Source: a virus (taxonomy: Duplodnaviria; Caudoviricetes). Taken from it: a stretch of DNA of 64,000 nucleotides. Both the position numbers and the translations under genes were made by a program. Below the pieces are notes generated by a model. The model was not told where the DNA came from. It saw only the letters and a list, made by a program, of their open reading frames with translations, and did no database searches. Positions 45,056-52,942 of the stretch are shown here, in pieces. The first letter of the stretch is position 1. Each line of letters opens with the position of its first letter. The stretch spans positions 34 to 64,033 of IMG/VR virus record IMGVR_UViG_3300020036_003693; one strand, 5' to 3'.

Positions 45056-48000
45056 TTAGTTGTTGAAAACCATACAGGCAATCGCGGTGTTAGCTGTTGC
45101 GCCTGCGTTGCCTGTGATTGTGACGCTACCTGCGGCTGGTTCTGCGGCTACTGTGAGCAGGGTGGTGTCCTTGCGCTGAGGAGTGCAGATAACCAGGGAG
45201 CTGGTCGTGACGAAGGAGTTTGTGATAATTGCGTTGCTGGTGCCCGCTCCGATGACAAAGGAGAATAGGGCTTTGTTGATGGTCTGGTTCCCGGCAGTGG
45301 CAGAGATGGTTGCATCCGCGTGGTATTGACGAACTTTCAGGTCCAGGTAGTTGCCGAGAGCTGTGTCGTTTACTTCCAGTAGAGTGCTGTCGGCTCGGGA
45401 GAGCCCCACGTCGTTGAGAACCAGGTTCCCGCCTTCAAGGATAGCATCTGTGATAGTAAGCAGCCCGGTGTCGTCTATCTGGAGATTGGTAACATAGCTG
45501 GCAGCATCTATACGGGACTGAAGTTCCCACTGGGATGCGCCTGCGTTGGTGGTAGGGACCGTGCGGAATCTCCAGTCCACAGTGTGGGCAGAGCCATCGT
45601 AGGAGGAACCACGCTGGATAATGTTCGGAGAGGACCGGGTGCCGTTGCTGCCAAGTGCAGTCACGGTCATCAGGAGACGATCCGCGCCAGAGGTGGTGCC
45701 TCCGGTGATGGTCTGTTGGACCGTGAACGTGTTCGAGGTGCCGATGCCTGCGAGGGTATCAGAGATTGCTGGGAGCGTGAGCGTGGTGGAGTCAGTCCCG
45801 GTGAACGTGATCGAGTTATTAACCGTGAAGGTCTTGTTGTCTGCCAGAGTGAACGTGGCAGTAGTAGCCGGGTTGGTCAAGGTGAGCCGCGAGGCAACCA
45901 GGTCTACGCCACCGTTGCCCAGCAGAGCCTTCCCGCTGGTGAGCGTGCCCGTATTGGTGACAGTGCCTGAGCCACCGCTGCCTGCGAGCCACTCCGTGGT
46001 GATCGTGCTGCCTGTGAGGGCAGTGACCGCCAGGCGATCTCCGGCGACTGGAACGTCCGTTGGCCAGACCAGGGTGTAGGTTGTGGCGATGCTGTCAGCA
46101 GCCTTGGTTGCAAAGTAGTTGGTTCCGTTCGCGGCCAACTCTAGTTGGCGAATCTCCGTGGTGTTGCCAGAAGAGGTCGAGAATGGGGAGAACTGCGCAT
46201 AGCCGTCGTTCGGACGGAACTCAAAGACATTGCTTCCCTGGGCACTGGTAGCAGTTGTCTTACGAATCAGCAGAGACTGCCCTGCTGTGTCATAGCCCTG
46301 GAAGTTGAGACCCAGGGAGAGATAGAGCCGTGAGGTGTTGTTGTAGGCACCGTTGGACCAGGTGAGTCCAGGGCCCTGGGTTTGGTCTCCACCCGTGTTA
46401 GAGAAGATAATCCCGCCTTGGGAGCCCGGGCGACCGGCAGTGGAGTCTGTGATAATAGCGCTGCTGGTGTTGCTGCTACGCAGGGTGATGTTCACCTGGC
46501 CTGTGTTGGCGGACTCACCCAGGGTGAGTGAACGGTTCGTGTTGTCCCAGGTGAGCCGGGTGCTGCCGGTGAGCAGGTTCGCGCCGTCGCCATAGCCTAC
46601 GTAGGTGGAGGTGAGGGCTGCGCTCGCGGAGATCGCCGCCCACTCAGGAGCGGTTGCACCAGCGTTCATTCGGAGACCCTGGAGGGCGGTTCCCTTGGGG
46701 AGCCGGGTGAGCACGCCGCCAGCGCGGTAGTAGAGATCACCATCGGCGTCACTGCCCAAGGTCATAGTGACGCCACCCAGGACATTGGTACTGGAAGTAA
46801 GGGTCTTGTTGGTGAACGTGTCGGTTGTTGCTTTGGCTACCAGGGTGTCCGTGGAGGCTGGCAGGGTAAGCGTGTTGTTCGCTGCTGGGGCAGCCGGGGC
46901 AATCGTAGTAGTGAACGCTGTGGAAGAGTTCCGAAGCTGTAGTTGCCCGTTCTGCGATGTGGCAGTCCCCAGGATAATCGTGCTGCTGGCGATGTCCAGG
47001 ATCGCGTTCGCTGCACCGTCGAACAGACCAGCTCCATTGTTGTAGGGGATGCTGCCGGTTGTGCCCGGGGGAGTTGCTTCGATACGCCCCGTGCCTTTGG
47101 CAACGAGAGCTCCGGCAGTTGTCATCTCCACGCCGTTGCTACTGCCCTGGGCTGTGACGTTGAGCGGCTTGACTGTGGAGGAGGTGCCGGTGGCTACGTT
47201 GAGAAGGTAGCCGGTTCCGTTGCTGGAGTTTGCAGTGGCCAGGTTGAATAGGTTGTTGCTGCCCGTTCCGGTTGCCCAGGTGAACGTGGTGAGGAACGTC
47301 CCCATGTTCAGGGAGAGGTTCGCGGAGCCGGGGGCGGTGAGTGCGTCCCAGGCGGTCGCGGCGCTGCCCGCACAGGCTCCCCAGACTGGGGCGGCTCCGT
47401 TGGTGGAGGTGAGGCAGAGCGTGCCTACCCCACCGGCTGCGGTGAACAGGATAGGCCCAGTGCCGTTGCCGTAGGCCACGCCGTTGGCGGTCGCGGTGGT
47501 GAAGTTGTGCGGCCCGGCGAGTGAGAGCGTGACGGCTCCTGTGGCCGCACTGGCGGTTATCTGGTTGGCCGTGCCCGCTAGGGAGGTGACTCCCGCCCCG
47601 CCGCCGGACCCGCAAGCGGAGCCGGTACGTGTGATAGCCCCGAGGCTGCTGATCTGTAGACACTCGTTACCGGCCCCGGGCAGGGAGTCAGGCAGGGAGA
47701 TCGTGATCTGCGCCAGGGACGTACTCTGTAGGATCGTGGAGTTGTTGTTGATCGTGTTGTGCAGCTCGAAGAATCGCGAGTGCATTGAGAGGGTCGGATT
47801 GATAGAGTTACCTAATTGTGCGGTAGCAACACCATTAGGTATCAAGTCCCCAAGGGTGTCCACAGTCCAGCGGCGCAGCCCATTCTGATAAATATCGAAT
47901 GGATGCGTGGTCATGGTACCGACAAAGCCACGATCAGGTCCGCCTTGTAAAGTACCGAGACGCACACTTATTGGAAACGCAGGGCCGGTATCTGTTACCA

Positions 48001-49900
48001 GTAGATGCGTATTAAGTGCCGAGGATAGACTTAGCGTAGGACTTGAGCCTCCTTGCGAATTTACGAACCTGGCAGGACCTCCGGTTAGGTCCAAGGCATA
48101 GGTGCTATTGCCAAACGTGTTTATACCCAGGTTGCCGGTAAGGGTGTGGTGCGATGCAGTCAGGTCAAGTTTTAGGTTCTGGCCCACAGCAAAGGCCACT
48201 CCGGCACCCCCAGGAAAGTACATGCCATTACCTGCATTAGTGGTGTTTGAATACGTAGGACGACCGGCGGTTCCATCTTGTAAGCGTATCCGTCCTGCGT
48301 CACCTGTGAACGAGGTTGCACCTACTAAATCTCCGACAAGATTGGAAGTTTCGATAGCACCGAACTTGGCCCGGGAGATAGTAACAGCGGAGTTGCTACT
48401 GCCTGGAACCAACATTGACACGTTGGTTGGGAAGCTGACAGTTGTGGCCAGGCCGGTGTCGTAGTAGGCAGTTATAGTCTGAGTACCTATAACACTGAAT
48501 GGAGTACCTCTGGAATGAATCGGCTGTCCGTTGGTCCAAGCACCGGCTACCAGGATTATTCTGTTATTACCCGTCCAAACACCCTGACCAGTTGGTGGGT
48601 CCACGAAGCCGTATCGAACCGCAATATGGTTTCCTGCGGTGTAGGTGGTAAAAGCATTACCACTGAAATTAGCCCAACTGTAATCCCTGAAGTAAATTCC
48701 ATAGTCTCCAAAGGATTCTATATTGTTGCCGTTTAGTACACCGCGAAAATAAGAGTCATAACCATCAGCCCCGGCTTCGGCCCCGAATAGTCCCCAGATA
48801 GCAGAAGCCGGTGAGTCCGGGTCCATGCCATTGTTACCGATCATGGTAACATCCCCACCGAATATGCGGTAGCCAACCCTGTTAGCCTCAACAGTTTGAA
48901 CGTAACAACGTACCAGGGTAGTGGTGTTGCCGCCTTGGATTTCTATGTGGTTGTCGCCGATCTCGTCGGTAGTGACGCCTTCGATCAGTGTTGTGAACTG
49001 CCCGGGCATCCACAGCCCCTTGCCGCCACAGTTACTGATTTTGACATTGCGGATCGTAAAGAACGCAGATTCACGATCCGGGATGAGGGAGCCAAAGACC
49101 GCGCAATGCCCTGCGGAGCCGGAGGTTTTACCCTGACCCTGGATGCCGATCTCTTCGATGGTGGTGTATAGAGTTAATCCCGGGCCTGTTACATTAAAGA
49201 CTGGGGAGTTGGGGATGCGCGCTTTTAGGATCGAGCGCAGAGGTCCGTCGCCGACGATGGTGATTCCCTGGAGGGATTGGGTGATCTCGTCGGTGAGATA
49301 GGTCCCTGCCGGGAAGTAGACGATCTTACCATTGGTACCGGCGGCTGCGGTAAGCGCGTTCTGGATACAGACTGAGTCGTTTGTTACGCCGTCTCCCGCG
49401 CAACCGAAGGAGACCTTTGCGTTGATTGCGCCCCGGTAGTCCGTGATCGCCGCCCCGGTACCGGAGAGTCCCCAATCGCCGTAGGTGACGGGGGCCGGGT
49501 AAGCGCCGGGGCCGGTGCCGCCGGAGAAGCGGATGTCGTAGCGCCCACTGCCTGCGTAGAAGAACCATTCCCCTGCGGAGTTCGCGGTGAAAGGGTTCGC
49601 CTTGGGAGTTGGCGTGCTGGCACGATCTGAGTAGATTGTCGCTGGGGTGAGTGTGCCTGCGATGTACACAGTCACGGTACAGCTTGGGACTACCATCTCA
49701 GCTTTCTCACTGGAGGAAGCCCCTGCGGTGCGAATGTTCTGGCCTCCGCGTGTGCAGAGTCCCTGGAGCTTGTCCAGAGTCTGAGCGGCTGCCTGAGTGG
49801 ACAGTAACGAGAAGAGTAGTACCAACAGGGGTAGCAGGGGTAGCAACGCAGGCAACCCAGGGAGCCTCACTCTCCCTGGGTTCGCTTGCGACCTTATCAT
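45056..49900 (-). CDS. tailspike/fibre with beta-helix (pectate-lyase-like) domain and Sec signal peptide
   Basis: Start revised to ATG 49900 because the upstream in-frame starts lie in the promoter boxes; signal ...LLVLLFSLLSTQAAA-Q; GCAGDGVTNDSVCIQNAL...VYFPAGTYL; N-terminal TPATIYSD...NPFTANSAG tailspike attachment-like domain. Confidence 0.82.
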   Translation of the reverse strand: MIRSQANPGRVRLPGLPALLPLLPLLVLLFSLLSTQAAAQTLDKLQGLCTRGGQNIRTAGASSSEKAEMVVPSCTVTVYIAGTLTPATIYSDRASTPTPKANPFTANSAGEWFFYAGSGRYDIRFSGGTGPGAYPAPVTYGDWGLSGTGAAITDYRGAINAKVSFGCAGDGVTNDSVCIQNALTAAAGTNGKIVYFPAGTYLTDEITQSLQGITIVGDGPLRSILKARIPNSPVFNVTGPGLTLYTTIEEIGIQGQGKTSGSAGHCAVFGSLIPDRESAFFTIRNVKISNCGGKGLWMPGQFTTLIEGVTTDEIGDNHIEIQGGNTTTLVRCYVQTVEANRVGYRIFGGDVTMIGNNGMDPDSPASAIWGLFGAEAGADGYDSYFRGVLNGNNIESFGDYGIYFRDYSWANFSGNAFTTYTAGNHIAVRYGFVDPPTGQGVWTGNNRIILVAGAWTNGQPIHSRGTPFSVIGTQTITAYYDTGLATTVSFPTNVSMLVPGSSNSAVTISRAKFGAIETSNLVGDLVGATSFTGDAGRIRLQDGTAGRPTYSNTTNAGNGMYFPGGAGVAFAVGQNLKLDLTASHHTLTGNLGINTFGNSTYALDLTGGPARFVNSQGGSSPTLSLSSALNTHLLVTDTGPAFPISVRLGTLQGGPDRGFVGTMTTHPFDIYQNGLRRWTVDTLGDLIPNGVATAQLGNSINPTLSMHSRFFELHNTINNNSTILQSTSLAQITISLPDSLPGAGNECLQISSLGAITRTGSACGSGGGAGVTSLAGTANQITASAATGAVTLSLAGPHNFTTATANGVAYGNGTGPILFTAAGGVGTLCLTSTNGAAPVWGACAGSAATAWDALTAPGSANLSLNMGTFLTTFTWATGTGSNNLFNLATANSSNGTGYLLNVATGTSSTVKPLNVTAQGSSNGVEMTTAGALVAKGTGRIEATPPGTTGSIPYNNGAGLFDGAANAILDIASSTIILGTATSQNGQLQLRNSSTAFTTTIAPAAPAANNTLTLPASTDTLVAKATTDTFTNKTLTSSTNVLGGVTMTLGSDADGDLYYRAGGVLTRLPKGTALQGLRMNAGATAPEWAAISASAALTSTYVGYGDGANLLTGSTRLTWDNTNRSLTLGESANTGQVNITLRSSNTSSAIITDSTAGRPGSQGGIIFSNTGGDQTQGPGLTWSNGAYNNTSRLYLSLGLNFQGYDTAGQSLLIRKTTATSAQGSNVFEFRPNDGYAQFSPFSTSSGNTTEIRQLELAANGTNYFATKAADSIATTYTLVWPTDVPVAGDRLAVTALTGSTITTEWLAGSGGSGTVTNTGTLTSGKALLGNGGVDLVASRLTLTNPATTATFTLADNKTFTVNNSITFTGTDSTTLTLPAISDTLAGIGTSNTFTVQQTITGGTTSGADRLLMTVTALGSNGTRSSPNIIQRGSSYDGSAHTVDWRFRTVPTTNAGASQWELQSRIDAASYVTNLQIDDTGLLTITDAILEGGNLVLNDVGLSRADSTLLEVNDTALGNYLDLKVRQYHADATISATAGNQTINKALFSFVIGAGTSNAIITNSFVTTSSLVICTPQRKDTTLLTVAAEPAAGSVTITGNAGATANTAIACMVFNN

Positions 49901-50012
49901 CTCGTTCTTCGCGTCGGCTGTGGCTGCGGTTCCATTGTTCACAAACTTCGTGGTAGGAGCAGACCCGGCAGATTTTGTATCGCGGCGTTGGTTGCTGATC
50001 GGTAGTGAGTGC

Positions 50013-50041
50013 ATAGTAAAGGTTCTCACAAAAATTGTCAA
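50013..50041 (-). promoter_or_regulatory. sigma70 promoter
   Basis: TTGACA-17 bp-TACTAT on the - strand; a second TTGACA at 50081-50076. Confidence 0.75.
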
Positions 50042-50124
50042 TATGGGCGCAGCTCCCAGAAATAAGCAAAGTGCTTGTCAAAGGTACCCTGCACCCATAG
50101 GGGAGAAGAAGGTGTTGGCAGTGC

Positions 50125-50151
50125 GGTCTCAGTGGTCTCGGTGGTCTCGGT
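50125..50151. repeat. 9-bp tandem repeat x3 (GGTCTCRGT)
   Basis: ggtctcagt ggtctcggt ggtctcggt. Confidence 0.8.
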
Positions 50152-50163
50152 GATGTGCCTACT

Positions 50164-50493
50164 CTAGGGCTTCGGCCACATCACGCTACCGGCGAACGGA
50201 GAATCCAGGGCTCCATTGGTAGCTCCGCCACCACCACTGCCCTGGTCCATGCCGCCGAAGCCAAAGGGATCACCACCGTTGAATGGGGAGTCGAGCTGGC
50301 AGGGGGCAGCACTGTCAGTGGCTTGGACAAATCCCTCACCACGCCAGGCGACCTTGACGTTCTCAGGCTGCGTGACAGGGGTGTTGAGCGCGGGCGTGGC
50401 GATTCCCGGGAGGGGGGTGGTAAGTCCGCCTTGCTGGGGGGATGCGACGGGCCAGCCGAGTTCTCCGAAGTCTGTGTTAAGTTGTCCTGGCAT
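50164..50493 (-). CDS. low-complexity G/P protein with repeated LDSPF-like motif
   Basis: AGGAG SD; LNTDF, LTTPL, LNTPV, LDSPF x2. Confidence 0.65.
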   Translation of the reverse strand: MPGQLNTDFGELGWPVASPQQGGLTTPLPGIATPALNTPVTQPENVKVAWRGEGFVQATDSAAPCQLDSPFNGGDPFGFGGMDQGSGGGGATNGALDSPFAGSVMWPKP

Positions 50494-50592
50494 AGTAGTT
50501 CTCCTATCTGGTAGTGGTGGATGATGTTGAAGTTGGTGGGCAGGGCTGGAGACAACCGGCAGAGCGAGTCCTCGCGGTGAGGAGCCCCTGCT

Positions 50593-51693
50593 CTAGTCAT
50601 TGAAAAGCCCTGCCATAAGGTTGATGTCGTGTACCTGAGCGTAGGCGGCTCCCATGACCCAGGGGAACTTGCCACCCAGGAGGTCCTTGGTACGAGACTC
50701 GTAGTAGGCTTGGTCCTCGCGGTACGCCTCAAGGTAGAGCCGGTCCCGCTCCTGAGTAGCTTGAGAGATGCTTGCTGCCATGATGTTCGCCTGAGCACGA
50801 TTGACCAGGCCACCGACCTTTTGGCGCAATGCCCAGGAGCACGCTTTCACCAGAGCAGTCTGGATAACGAACTCCGGGGAGAGCGTCTGGGGGATAAGTG
50901 ATGTTCGGTCATCCGCGAGAGGCCAGTCACCAAGTTGGTACAGGCAGTCGTAGATGTATGTGCCCGTGGGGGCAGGCCAGAGCTCGTGCCGGGTGGTGCC
51001 TGGGGGGATGCCAGTAGTTCCGCCAACTGCTGCTCCAGCGAACTGGGTGGTCGTGGGCGGCATCTGACAGAAGTGGGTAGCGGTGCCGGTTGCATCTCTG
51101 CGGGGGTCTCGCTTGTCCAGCCATTCCTGGGGTTTGTCCAGGATCAGGGGAAAGTTGTTGGACTTATCCCGGACACAGAGATAGCCTTTGAAGTTCGGAC
51201 TCTCGATAGGGTCTGTGCCTACCGGCTGCTCCAGGTAAGGAGGCAAGAAGTAGGCTTGGATGATCCTGGAGGAGTAGGTCCCGCTGGCCCCGGGGTAGCG
51301 GAAGTTGATGTCGAGGGTGTCTACTCCATCCCAGGCTCGAATCTCGAAGACGTTCCCACCAGAGACTCCGATCTTCACCTGACGGCGACCGATTGGGGTT
51401 TCGTAAGCTGGGAGCGAGTTGATTGCTGCTGCCAGGGTGGAGTCTACTACGATCTGCTGGGAGCCCCGGGTAACTGTGATGTCACCTTGGAGCACCTCGG
51501 GCACGACTATCTCTCCGAGTTGCAGCAGCCACGACCACTGGTGCCGATCCGCGATCTCCCGCATTGCATACCGGATGTATTGCTTCGCCAGGGGAACTGG
51601 GAAGTAATCACCGATTTCAGCTCGGAGCCGGGAGTGGAGATCGTAGAAGGTAGTTGGCATAGTAGTGGTGGCCAAGAAGGAGACCTCGGGCAT
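50593..51693 (-). CDS. head-tail adaptor protein
   Basis: AKQYIRYAMREIADRHQWSWL motif; position after the capsid genes. Confidence 0.65.
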   Translation of the reverse strand: MPEVSFLATTTMPTTFYDLHSRLRAEIGDYFPVPLAKQYIRYAMREIADRHQWSWLLQLGEIVVPEVLQGDITVTRGSQQIVVDSTLAAAINSLPAYETPIGRRQVKIGVSGGNVFEIRAWDGVDTLDINFRYPGASGTYSSRIIQAYFLPPYLEQPVGTDPIESPNFKGYLCVRDKSNNFPLILDKPQEWLDKRDPRRDATGTATHFCQMPPTTTQFAGAAVGGTTGIPPGTTRHELWPAPTGTYIYDCLYQLGDWPLADDRTSLIPQTLSPEFVIQTALVKACSWALRQKVGGLVNRAQANIMAASISQATQERDRLYLEAYREDQAYYESRTKDLLGGKFPWVMGAAYAQVHDINLMAGLFND

Positions 51694-51720
51694 CTCCTTC
51701 TACTATGGCATGGAGGAGGG

Positions 51721-52071
51721 TTAGTTCCCCCAGATAAACAACGTGACGCGGTTCGCGTTGATGTCCGTGGTGTTGACTACTTCAGTGCCGGTGATGTTGC
51801 TGTACCAGACCAGGTTCCAGTCCGAGTAGGGACCGGGTGTGGCCTTGCGTGCGCGCACGTCACCGAAGATGGCTCCACTGGAGGAGACAATGGAGGGTCC
51901 TGCTACGAGCACCGCTGCGATCACGTCCATCCCGTAGTCTTGTGGACTCAGGGCATCTTTGGTGGCGGTGAGGTAGCTGGTGGGACCATAGTGCTCTACC
52001 AGTTGGCAGCGCATCCCGGCGATCTGGAATCCCGCGTCGTGTGCTCCAAGGTTAATGTCTGTGTTTGGCAT
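51721..52071 (-). CDS. small virion structural protein
   Basis: 116 aa, beta-rich, located in the head module. Confidence 0.6.
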   Translation of the reverse strand: MPNTDINLGAHDAGFQIAGMRCQLVEHYGPTSYLTATKDALSPQDYGMDVIAAVLVAGPSIVSSSGAIFGDVRARKATPGPYSDWNLVWYSNITGTEVVNTTDINANRVTLFIWGN

Positions 52072-52073
52072 GG

Positions 52074-52289
52074 TTATTTACCTTTCTCTCCCTTTGGCTC
52101 CGGGGGCAGGAGAGCGGCTACTACTGCGATAGCCTCAGGTTCTCCGGTTCCATAGAGCAGGGTTTGTTTCTTGTCATCGCTGGTGAAGGCAGAGACCACC
52201 GCCAAGCCCAGATCGCTCCAGGCTTTGGCGAAGTCTTTTGCTACTGAAGCGTCCACCACACGGATGACTACTTTGTCAGTAGATAACAA
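52074..52289 (-). CDS. hypothetical protein (71 aa)
   Basis: TTG start behind AAAGGAGGTGA; the longer ORF-track start overlaps the upstream gene. Confidence 0.6.
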   Translation of the reverse strand: MLSTDKVVIRVVDASVAKDFAKAWSDLGLAVVSAFTSDDKKQTLLYGTGEPEAIAVVAALLPPEPKGEKGK

Positions 52290-52300
52290 GATCACCTCCT

Positions 52301-52915
52301 TTAGATGATGAGGAAGGGCCGGGAGACCAGGATGCGTTTCAAGCCGCCATCGGTTGGAACGTCCAGGGCTTTGCCCTCGAAGTTCTGCATCGTGGCCTGC
52401 GTGACAGCCGTGGCATCCGCAAGGACATCCGCGAGGCCCGTGGCGAAGACAGCAGAGACCATATCCCCGGCGACGGCGACCTTGGTGAGCGGAGTCTTGA
52501 ACTTTCTCCACACGACACCGCTGGTCTGAATCCAGCAGTAGTAGCCCTTGGTAACAGCCGCAAGGTAGTACCCCACGATAATCCCGTTGTTGTTGTCCGG
52601 CGTGACGATATAGTTGCCGAAGTTGTCCATGTTGCCGTCCCAGTAGGCAGCAACGCCCTCAGCGGGAGCCAGCGTGGAGCCCGCCTTCGAGAGCACGCGA
52701 CGGTAGAAGCCGTTGCGCAGAGCGGTAGCAGCACTGGTGGTTTTGATCGTGGTGCCGTTTGGGTTGGTGAGTTGGAATGCCGTCTCGTCGTCAATCCAGA
52801 TTTCCTGACCGAGTTGCCCGGGAGCTTGCTGGGCGTTTGCACCCCCAGCATACAAGTCCCCAGCGGTGTTCAGATACCCACCCTCCAGGCGGAATCCATT
52901 GAAAATACTAAGCAT
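52301..52915 (-). CDS. capsid decoration/cement protein
   Basis: Directly after the MCP; VGYYLAAVTKGYYCWIQTSG motif. Confidence 0.65.
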   Translation of the reverse strand: MLSIFNGFRLEGGYLNTAGDLYAGGANAQQAPGQLGQEIWIDDETAFQLTNPNGTTIKTTSAATALRNGFYRRVLSKAGSTLAPAEGVAAYWDGNMDNFGNYIVTPDNNNGIIVGYYLAAVTKGYYCWIQTSGVVWRKFKTPLTKVAVAGDMVSAVFATGLADVLADATAVTQATMQNFEGKALDVPTDGGLKRILVSRPFLII

Positions 52916-52942
52916 GATGCGTGTTCCTCCTATGGTAGTGGG

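Noticed and set aside
49901-50041. ORF-track N-terminal extension (MTIFVRTF...) of the tailspike
   Set aside because: Its TTG and ATG starts coincide with the -35 and -10 boxes of a consensus promoter; ATG 49900 gives a normal signal peptide.
49707-50081. - strand ORF with a CRVCSYHEVC motif overlapping the tailspike start
   Set aside because: It starts upstream of the promoter, has no start codon after the predicted TSS, and overlaps the tailspike in another frame.
50935-52155. 406-aa + strand ORF
   Set aside because: Antisense shadow of the adaptor and neighbouring genes; no SD and no motif.
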